Positions 57,368 through 64,000 of a DNA stretch of 64,000 nucleotides are shown piece by piece. This DNA is from a virus: positions 1 through 64,000 of the IMG/VR virus record IMGVR_UViG_3300029448_000001; one strand, written 5' to 3'. The notes under the pieces were generated by a model, which saw nothing but the letters and a program-made list of their open reading frames with translations, made no database searches and was not told the origin of the DNA. The position numbers were made by a program, and so were the translations under genes. Positions within the stretch are counted from its first letter, which is position 1. Every line of letters begins with the position of its first letter.

Positions 57368-58576
57368 ATGGCTTTTAACTACACTAGATATGGTAGCTAC
57401 ATAGGTAGTACAGTTAATTTAAAAGCAAGTGAATCTACAAAGATAGGTGTTTTTCAAAACGCTCCTTATAAACCGTCTTTATTTGCAATGGAAAGATTAA
57501 GTTTTACATCATCTAAAGAAGGACTTTACGGTCCTAACTTAGGAACCGCAAGAGTTGGAATCAGTTTGTTTGTAGATGGAATACAGAGTGCCTTTACAGA
57601 TACGTCTTGGAAATTTTTTCTTAGTAATTTTAACGTAATTGATAACGGAATAATGCAGTTTACTGTTCCAGAAACAGCGAAATATATTATAAGAGCCGAA
57701 GGTGCAGGTCATAGTAGTGCTAGTACTAGTAATACGCATGGTGGTGGAGCAAGAATACAAGCATCATTCAACTTAGAGATAGGAAAGTTTTTATGGATTT
57801 TAGTTGGTCAAACCAACAATCAACCTGACAGTAGTAGAGCATTTGCCGGAGGTGCAGGAGGGTCATTCGTTACATATGGAGATGTTTTTGCTACTAGCGT
57901 TCCTTTAGTAATAGCAGGAGGCGGAGGTTTTCTCAGAAGCGGTATTGCTTCTCAAACAAATAACGGAAAAATTCCAAACGATCACATCAACGGACAAACA
58001 AGTACTCAAAGTGGAGAAGGGCGTACTAATGGTAGTTCAAATTTTGGACAGAGAGGTCTTGGAGGACATAATCAATCAACTGGTGGAACAGCGGCTGGTT
58101 TTGTTCAAGATGGTTCAACACATACAGACTTGAGAAGTGTCCCTACTTCTTTTACTTTTGACAATGGGGGTGGTGCAGTAACTTACAATTATAGTGGAAG
58201 TTATGACGAAGCAAAAAGATTTCACAACGGAGGTGCTGGAGGACAATTTAGAACTCTTTTTGATCTTCAGTATATAGGTGACGGAGGATTTGGAGGAGGT
58301 GGTCCAGGTGGTTGGGGAGGCGAAGGTGGTGGTGGAGGATATTCTGGAGGTGGAAATGGAGATAATAATAATGCCTCATTTTCAGGTGGCGGTGGAAGTT
58401 TTATCTCTGAAAACATAGCAGATGCAAATGATTTAGCAACAAGCACAGGAACATGGACTCTTGCTGGAAGTGTAAGTAGTCATGGTACTTATGTTCCATT
58501 AGCAAGTGCTTCTGGTCTAACTAATTTTGGAAATTATAGAAGTAACAATGGACAAGTTAGTCTAATAAAAGTATAA
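57368..58576 (+). CDS. Glycine-rich (polyglycine II, ALK/LTK-type) fibre tip protein
   Basis: FTVPETAKY.IRAEGA, ILVGQ, GGAGGSFV, PLVIAGGGG, GGFGGGG, GGGGGYSGG. Confidence 0.75.
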   Translation: MAFNYTRYGSYIGSTVNLKASESTKIGVFQNAPYKPSLFAMERLSFTSSKEGLYGPNLGTARVGISLFVDGIQSAFTDTSWKFFLSNFNVIDNGIMQFTVPETAKYIIRAEGAGHSSASTSNTHGGGARIQASFNLEIGKFLWILVGQTNNQPDSSRAFAGGAGGSFVTYGDVFATSVPLVIAGGGGFLRSGIASQTNNGKIPNDHINGQTSTQSGEGRTNGSSNFGQRGLGGHNQSTGGTAAGFVQDGSTHTDLRSVPTSFTFDNGGGAVTYNYSGSYDEAKRFHNGGAGGQFRTLFDLQYIGDGGFGGGGPGGWGGEGGGGGYSGGGNGDNNNASFSGGGGSFISENIADANDLATSTGTWTLAGSVSSHGTYVPLASASGLTNFGNYRSNNGQVSLIKV

Positions 58577-58580
58577 AATT

Positions 58581-60206
58581 ATGAAAAGAAATAAAGGACT
58601 AATAAAAGAAATTACGGGCGAACTCATTAGTGATACTGTTTCAGGTGTGTTTGATACATTTGATGTATATCAACAAAAGTTAATAGGTGAATGGCCTGAA
58701 ACTCCTGTGGGGCAAGTACTCTTTGATGTGCCAGGCGCAAATACTTTTACTGTTCCAACTGGCGTAACTTCTATCAATATCGTTCTTGTAGGCGGAGGTG
58801 GTAGTGGACGAGGACAGACAGTTTATGGCGGTGGAGGCGGTGGTGGAGGACTGTGTTGGATAAACAACTTTCCAGTAACTTCAGGAACAACTTTGAATTT
58901 AAATGTAGGAGCAGGTGGTATAGGAGGTCATAATGGAGTATCAAATCCAGGTTCAAATACTTGGTTCTCAGCTTCTTCAGGACCAGGAAGAATAGTTGCT
59001 TCAGGTGGTGAAGGTGGTAAATCAAATCCTAATTCACAAAATGCTCAAGGTGGTTATCCAGATATAGGTTCTAATTTTTCTAGTCTTTCAAATGGAGGTG
59101 GTAATGGCGGGCTAGGTGGAGTACACAATCAAGGTGGCGGTGGTGGAGGAGCAGGCGGATATTCTGGAAATGGTGGAAATGGTCAGGGTTGGACTAATGA
59201 ATTCAATAATAATAATCAGGCTCAAACTGCTGGACAAGGTGGTGGAGGTGGAGGTGGCGGAAGAACAAATCAAGATTTACATGGAGCAGGAGGTGGCGTA
59301 AATGTTTTTGGTCAAGGAGAAAACGGAGCGGCCGCAAATGCTACAGTCGGTAATATAGCATCTTCAGGTTACGGAGGTTCTGGAGGAAGTAGAGGACATA
59401 ATCCTCCACAATCATATCGTCCAGACCAAGACTTTACTGGAGGAAATAATACTTTAACTGAATATGGTGGACCTTTTAGTACTCATACTGGAAATGCTGG
59501 AGGAACTACAGATAATGTAAGTTTTACTATTAATTCAATAGCCAGGTCAAGAACAGGACGTTTAATATGGCATTATGTTAATGGAAGTAGTTTTAGAGGT
59601 GATATTCAAATTGATACTGTAGTATTAAGTGGAGGTGCTACTGCTACATTCAATTTTGATTCTAATGCTGATAACTTTCTTACAAGTCCAGACTCAAACG
59701 TATCTTTTGGAACTTGGAGTGCTGACCCATCAACTGAATTAGGAAATTTAGTTGCCGTTAGTAATAGTAGCACTAGCACTAGAGGAAGATGGAATAGAGA
59801 TTCTAATGGCACTCCATCTAGTAGTACAGGTGTAAATGTCGTAGATAATGGTTTTTATCTTTACGCTGAAGTTAGTGGCAGAAACAATAGAAATTTTTGG
59901 TTAGCATCTCCAGAAATTACAATTGCGGCTAATCAAAATCTATCTGTAACTTACAAACAAGTTAGAAATGGCTCAAACATAGGCGAAATTAAATCGTATT
60001 TTTTGGAAAATGCAAATACTGTTCCTGTAGCAGTTGCAAACGGAACATATGGAGGATTTTACGGAGGTGGCGGAGGAGGAGCAGAGGGAAGCGGTGGAAG
60101 TACAGGAGATTATCGAGGCGGAAATGGAGCCAACGGAGCAATCAGAATTATATTTGGACCTAATAGAGTGTTTCCAAATACAAACACAATAGACTTATCG
60201 AACTAA
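58581..60206 (+). CDS. Glycine-rich fibre tip protein with an inserted MAM-like domain
   Basis: FTVPTGVTSINIVLVGGGG and multiple poly-G tracts; insert with GDIQID, W.R...GTPSSSTG, FYLYAEVS, WLASP. Confidence 0.75.
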   Translation: MKRNKGLIKEITGELISDTVSGVFDTFDVYQQKLIGEWPETPVGQVLFDVPGANTFTVPTGVTSINIVLVGGGGSGRGQTVYGGGGGGGGLCWINNFPVTSGTTLNLNVGAGGIGGHNGVSNPGSNTWFSASSGPGRIVASGGEGGKSNPNSQNAQGGYPDIGSNFSSLSNGGGNGGLGGVHNQGGGGGGAGGYSGNGGNGQGWTNEFNNNNQAQTAGQGGGGGGGGRTNQDLHGAGGGVNVFGQGENGAAANATVGNIASSGYGGSGGSRGHNPPQSYRPDQDFTGGNNTLTEYGGPFSTHTGNAGGTTDNVSFTINSIARSRTGRLIWHYVNGSSFRGDIQIDTVVLSGGATATFNFDSNADNFLTSPDSNVSFGTWSADPSTELGNLVAVSNSSTSTRGRWNRDSNGTPSSSTGVNVVDNGFYLYAEVSGRNNRNFWLASPEITIAANQNLSVTYKQVRNGSNIGEIKSYFLENANTVPVAVANGTYGGFYGGGGGGAEGSGGSTGDYRGGNGANGAIRIIFGPNRVFPNTNTIDLSN

Positions 60207-60216
60207 GGAGATATGA

Positions 60217-60660
60217 ATGTATTCACATAAACAACAATATCCTATAGAAAATTTACCAGAAAGAATAAGACTTTCTGATGGCTCAGTACGAACTGATTCT
60301 TCAACTTTTACTGCTGATGAAATAGCTGATGCAGGATATGTGAGTGTAAGTAATCCGCCTTCAATTACAGAAAAGCAACTTTTAAACTGGACAGGAACAG
60401 AATGGAGCATAGTTGATAATACAGCAAATGCAACTTCAAAAAAATGGAAAGAAATTAGGACTGAAAGAAATAGAAGAATAACTGAAGCAGATGCTAGAGT
60501 TATGAGATATCACGCATTTGCAAGACTTGGCAAAGAACAGATTGACGAAATTGATACTTTAGACACATACATTCAGGAATTGAGAGACATAACGACACAA
60601 TCTGACCCATTTAACATAAATTGGCCTACAGATATTACGGACGAAGGTGCTACTGAATAG
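60217..60660 (+). CDS. Tail fibre assembly chaperone-like protein
   Basis: KWKEIRTERNRRI...YIQELRDITTQSDPFNINWP; paralog of 19787..20314. Confidence 0.75.
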   Translation: MYSHKQQYPIENLPERIRLSDGSVRTDSSTFTADEIADAGYVSVSNPPSITEKQLLNWTGTEWSIVDNTANATSKKWKEIRTERNRRITEADARVMRYHAFARLGKEQIDEIDTLDTYIQELRDITTQSDPFNINWPTDITDEGATE

Positions 60661-60668
60661 CATTTTTT

Positions 60669-60676
60669 TATAAATA
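60669..60676 (+). promoter_or_regulatory. T4 late promoter TATAAATA
   Basis: Exact consensus upstream of the prohead core genes. Confidence 0.8.
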
Positions 60677-60713
60677 AATAAAAAATAAAATATATTAATA
60701 GGAGATTAACACA

Positions 60714-60896
60714 ATGAGCGACAGAGACAATCTTTTTAACATGCAATATTCGGCCGCTGAAGGTTCACCTAAAGACTTCAAAACAGCGTTGTCGCAAGAA
60801 CTTGAAAGTAGAATAAATAATATGCGAGAGAAAGAAAGAGTCTCACTAAGTAATGAAATTTTTAAATCTCAAGACGAAAAGGAAGCAGGAGAATGA
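60714..60896 (+). CDS. Small prohead core protein (gp67-like by position)
   Basis: 60 aa, AGGAG SD, between gp20 and gp21. Confidence 0.55.
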   Translation: MSDRDNLFNMQYSAAEGSPKDFKTALSQELESRINNMREKERVSLSNEIFKSQDEKEAGE

Positions 60897-61183
60897 TACA
60901 TTTTAAAGACTTCATATTAGAAGAGAAACCAAATGCGAAACCTAAAGCTAAAGGGGAAGCAGACTTTGTTGCACAGCATGAAGTAGAAATGACAGACAAA
61001 GAAGACCAAGCAAAAAATTCAGCGAAAGTGGTCACAAAGAAATTTAAGAATAAAGCAGATAAAGAAAATGCTGTAAAAATGGGAGAAGAGGCGATAGATG
61101 AAAAAGAACTTTCTCCTCAAGAAAAGAAAAAGAAAAGTATACAGCAAATGAGAAAATTTGTTAGACAAAAAAAAGGTCATTAA
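60893..61183 (+). CDS. Highly charged prohead core / internal protein (gp68-like by position)
   Basis: 96 aa, K/E-rich; N-terminal FKDFILEE resembles capsid-targeting/gp21 cleavage sequences. Confidence 0.5.
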   Translation: MIHFKDFILEEKPNAKPKAKGEADFVAQHEVEMTDKEDQAKNSAKVVTKKFKNKADKENAVKMGEEAIDEKELSPQEKKKKSIQQMRKFVRQKKGH

Positions 61184-61193
61184 GGAGTAATAA

Positions 61194-61841
61194 ATGAAAC
61201 TCATAACCGAAGTAAACGAAGCAATAAAAGTTTTGACTGAAGAAGATAAAGGTGGTAAAAAGCATTATTTTATTGAGGGCATCTTTATGCAGGCAGAACA
61301 AAAAAATCGAAACGGTAGAATGTACCCAAGAGAAATTTTACAAAAAGAATCTGAAAGATACTCTAAAGAATATGTTGATAAAAATCGTGCATATGGTGAA
61401 TTGGGTCACCCAGAAGGTCCTACTATCAATCTTGAAAGAGTATCACACTTAATTAAAGAACTCAAAGAAGACGGAAATAATTTTATCGGAAAAGCTAAAA
61501 TTATGGACACACCTTACGGAAATATTGTAAAAAATTTAATGAGTGAAGGTGCTACATTAGGAGTTTCTACAAGAGGTATGGGTTCTTTAGAAGAGAAAAA
61601 TGGAGTAAAAGTTGTAAAAGATGATTTTTATCTTGCTACGGCGGCTGATATAGTAGCTGACCCATCGGCACCTGATGCTTTTGTAAAAGGCGTTATGGAA
61701 AGTAAAGAATGGGTTTGGGATAATGGAATTATTAAAGAAGTTGAAGTTGCTCAAATGAAAAAGCAAATTGAAAAAACATCTAAAAAATTATTACCTGAAG
61801 AAAAAGTTCGTATCTTTAGTGAGTTTATATCTAAACTCTAA
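61194..61841 (+). CDS. gp21: Prohead protease gp21
   Basis: MKLITE, IEGIFMQAE.KNRNGR.YP, GELGHP, GVSTRGMGSL, DIVADPSAPDAFV. Confidence 0.96.
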   Translation: MKLITEVNEAIKVLTEEDKGGKKHYFIEGIFMQAEQKNRNGRMYPREILQKESERYSKEYVDKNRAYGELGHPEGPTINLERVSHLIKELKEDGNNFIGKAKIMDTPYGNIVKNLMSEGATLGVSTRGMGSLEEKNGVKVVKDDFYLATAADIVADPSAPDAFVKGVMESKEWVWDNGIIKEVEVAQMKKQIEKTSKKLLPEEKVRIFSEFISKL

Positions 61842-61845
61842 AAAT

Positions 61846-61853
61846 TATAAATA
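61846..61853 (+). promoter_or_regulatory. T4 late promoter TATAAATA
   Basis: Exact consensus upstream of gp22. Confidence 0.82.
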
Positions 61854-61887
61854 AAAGACAAATAGATTACTTTCATAGGAGAACAAG

Positions 61888-62886
61888 ATGTCAGATTTAG
61901 AAAAAACCCCAATAGCTGAAGAAGAAGTTCTTGATACTGCTGTTGCTGAAGAAGAAGTAGAACCAGTTTCAGAAGACGAGATTGTTGCCGAACAAACTTC
62001 TGAGAAAGAGGTAGAAGAAGTAGTAGAGAAAGAAATGCCTCCAGCTTTGAAAAAGTTCATGGATAAGAAAAAGAAAAATGGCGATGCGAAAAAAGATGAC
62101 GATTCTGATGATGATGAAGAAGAAGAGGATTCTAAAGAAGAAATGTATGGTGCTAAGAAGAAAAAAATGAAAGAAGATATTGATGCCATCTTTTCTGGTG
62201 AAGATTTAGACGAAGAGTTTAAATCAAAAGCTAAAGTTATTTTTGAAGCCGCTGTTGATACTAAAGTAGACAGTCAGATGGAAGAAGTTATTGAATATTA
62301 CGAACACAAAGCAGAGCAAGAAGCCACAGAACTTACTCACGTTCTCGCAGATAAATTAGATGAGTATCTTGATTATTTCATCAAAGAGTGGAAAGAAGAA
62401 AATAAAGTGGCAATTACAGCAAGTATTAAAACTGAAATAGCTGAAGACTTTTTAGTAGGCTTAAAGAATCTTTTCGCAGAGCATTATGTTGACATACCTC
62501 AAGAAAAGGTAGACTTAGTTAATGAGTTTTCTGAAAAAGTTGAAGGGTTAGAAAAAGAATACGATAAAGCTATCCAAGAGAATAAAAAATTATCTCTTGA
62601 AATAACAGAGTACAAGAAAGAAATGGTTATCGCTGAACATACTCATGACTTAACAGAAGTTCAAGCTGAAAAACTAAAAACTCTTTCTGAAAAAATAGAA
62701 TATGTTAGTGATGAAGATTATACAGAGAAAGTTTCTATGGTTCGTTCAAAGTATTTTGATGGCGAACAAGAAATAGTTAAAGCTGATGTGAATGATGAAA
62801 ATGAAACTTCATTACAGACAGAAGAATATAATCCAACAATGCAACATTATGTAAATAACATTGCAAAGGGTTTAAAGAAAGTTTAA
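61888..62886 (+). CDS. gp22: Prohead core scaffold protein gp22
   Basis: Acidic coiled coil; EEFKSKAKVIFEAAV, LDEYLDY..EW..EN, GLKNLFAEHYVDIP. Confidence 0.92.
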   Translation: MSDLEKTPIAEEEVLDTAVAEEEVEPVSEDEIVAEQTSEKEVEEVVEKEMPPALKKFMDKKKKNGDAKKDDDSDDDEEEEDSKEEMYGAKKKKMKEDIDAIFSGEDLDEEFKSKAKVIFEAAVDTKVDSQMEEVIEYYEHKAEQEATELTHVLADKLDEYLDYFIKEWKEENKVAITASIKTEIAEDFLVGLKNLFAEHYVDIPQEKVDLVNEFSEKVEGLEKEYDKAIQENKKLSLEITEYKKEMVIAEHTHDLTEVQAEKLKTLSEKIEYVSDEDYTEKVSMVRSKYFDGEQEIVKADVNDENETSLQTEEYNPTMQHYVNNIAKGLKKV

Positions 62887-62902
62887 TGTAAATTTAATTT
62901 TT

Positions 62903-62910
62903 TATAAATA
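62903..62910 (+). promoter_or_regulatory. T4 late promoter TATAAATA
   Basis: Exact consensus upstream of gp23. Confidence 0.85.
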
Positions 62911-62951
62911 AATCAAGAGTAAATAACTACAAAGTTAAGGAGAAAAGAAAG

Positions 62952-64000
62952 ATGAACATTGAATCACTTGTTAAGAAATGGCAACCGGTTCTTGAACACC
63001 CAGACCTAAGTGAGATTAAAGATAGTTTGCGTAAAACAACTGTCGCTCAGTTACTGGAGAATCAAGAAGTTGCTTGTCGTGAAGGACAGTCAGGAGGTTA
63101 TACTGCCCCTCAATCACTTTTAGAGGCAGCCCCAGTAAACTCGATGGGTACTTCAGCAAGTCCATCTACAGTGGCCGCTGGAAACGTGGATATTTATGAC
63201 CCAGTATTGATTAGCTTAGTTCGTAGGGCTATGCCTAATTTAATTGCTTATGACATTTGCGGCGTACAGCCAATGACAGGTCCTACAGGACTTATCTTTG
63301 CTATGCGTTCTAGATTCTCATCACAAGGTGGTACTGAGGCTCTATTCAACGAAGCAAACACAGCCTTCCCTAATACAGTTCAAGCACAGACAGGCTCTTC
63401 ACCAGCAGACTTATCAGGTGGTACAGAGTATACAGTAGGTACTGGATTAACAACAGCCGCCGCTGAAGCATTAGGAGACGGAGCAGGACAAGACTTTCAG
63501 CAAATGGCATTCTCAATCGAGCGTGTTTCAGTTACAGCTAGAAGTCGTGCCTTAAAAGCAGAGTACACAATGGAACTCGCACAAGATTTGAAAGCAGTAC
63601 ACGGTCTTGATGCCGAGCAAGAATTAGCGAACATTCTTTCTACAGAGATTTTATCAGAAATCAATCGTGAAGTTGTTCGTCAAATTAACATTTCTGCTAC
63701 AATTGGTGCCCAAGAAAACGTAGCATCAGCAGGAACATTTAACCTTGACGTAGATGCTAACGGACGTTGGTCAGTAGAGAAATTTAAAGGCTTAATGTTC
63801 CAGTTAGAAAGAGAATCCAATGCGATTGCAAAAGCAACTCGTAGAGGAAAAGGTAATCTTATGATTTGTTCTTCTGACGTAGCATCAGCACTTCAGATGG
63901 CAGGCGTTCTAGATTACACACCAGCTCTTGCTTCTAACAACTTAGAAGTTGATGACACAGGAAATACTTTTGCAGGTGTTCTAAACGGACGTATTCGTGT
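62952..64000 (+). CDS. gp23: Major capsid protein gp23, partial, runs off the window end
   Basis: Not in the ORF track. Manual translation: MNIESLVKKWQPVLEHPDL...DPVLISLVRRAMPNLIAYDICGVQPMTGPTGLIFAMRS...SRALKAEYTMELAQDLKAVHGLDAE. Confidence 0.97.
   Translation, partial: MNIESLVKKWQPVLEHPDLSEIKDSLRKTTVAQLLENQEVACREGQSGGYTAPQSLLEAAPVNSMGTSASPSTVAAGNVDIYDPVLISLVRRAMPNLIAYDICGVQPMTGPTGLIFAMRSRFSSQGGTEALFNEANTAFPNTVQAQTGSSPADLSGGTEYTVGTGLTTAAAEALGDGAGQDFQQMAFSIERVSVTARSRALKAEYTMELAQDLKAVHGLDAEQELANILSTEILSEINREVVRQINISATIGAQENVASAGTFNLDVDANGRWSVEKFKGLMFQLERESNAIAKATRRGKGNLMICSSDVASALQMAGVLDYTPALASNNLEVDDTGNTFAGVLNGRIR

Noticed and set aside
2324-62189. Many 60-190 aa ORFs antisense to or overlapping the structural genes (e.g. 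2324-2590, 8903-9253, 11245-11817, 17736-18203, 52817-53209, 56617-56937, 61845-62189)
   Set aside because: They are shadow frames of well-supported genes, with no recognisable motifs.
1-64000. Introns, inteins or homing endonucleases in gp17, gp18, gp20 or gp23
   Set aside because: These genes are uninterrupted and of normal length within the window; no splicing or endonuclease motifs were seen.

Overview
This AT-rich 64 kb window is the virion-morphogenesis region of a large T4-like myovirus, probably an uncultured aquatic phage of a Gram-negative host (inference). Gene order: partial gp54/gp19-like gene, gp2, gp4, gp48, gp53, hub, short gp5, gp25, gp6, gp7, gp8, a VrlC/DUF4815-like protein, accessory blocks 1-2, gp13-gp18, two gp19 paralogs, gp20, accessory block 3, gp21, gp22, partial gp23. 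Many T4 late promoters (TATAAATA) are present. Block 1 is 19.5 kb of RCC1-like repeats, split into two in-frame ORFs (4224 + 2277 aa) by one TAA in the middle of a repeat. Block 2 is a convergent operon for ADP-heptose synthesis (HldE, cupin, HldD) plus three glycosyltransferases (GT9-like/methyltransferase fusion, GT25, GT2), preceded by a bidirectional late promoter. Block 3 is a collagen/Gly-rich/MAM fibre cassette inside the head cluster. The best candidate for a new system is a phage-encoded, late-expressed virion heptosylation/glycosylation pathway acting on the giant RCC1 proteins. A ~210-nt structured non-coding RNA with its own sigma70-type promoter lies between blocks 1 and 2. Also seen: a small Hc1 histone-H1-like gene missed by the ORF track, a perfect antisense promoter facing it, leaderless late genes, and codon-level avoidance of GCWGC and GGATG/CATCC. 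All calls rest on manual motif recognition and synteny; no searches were run.
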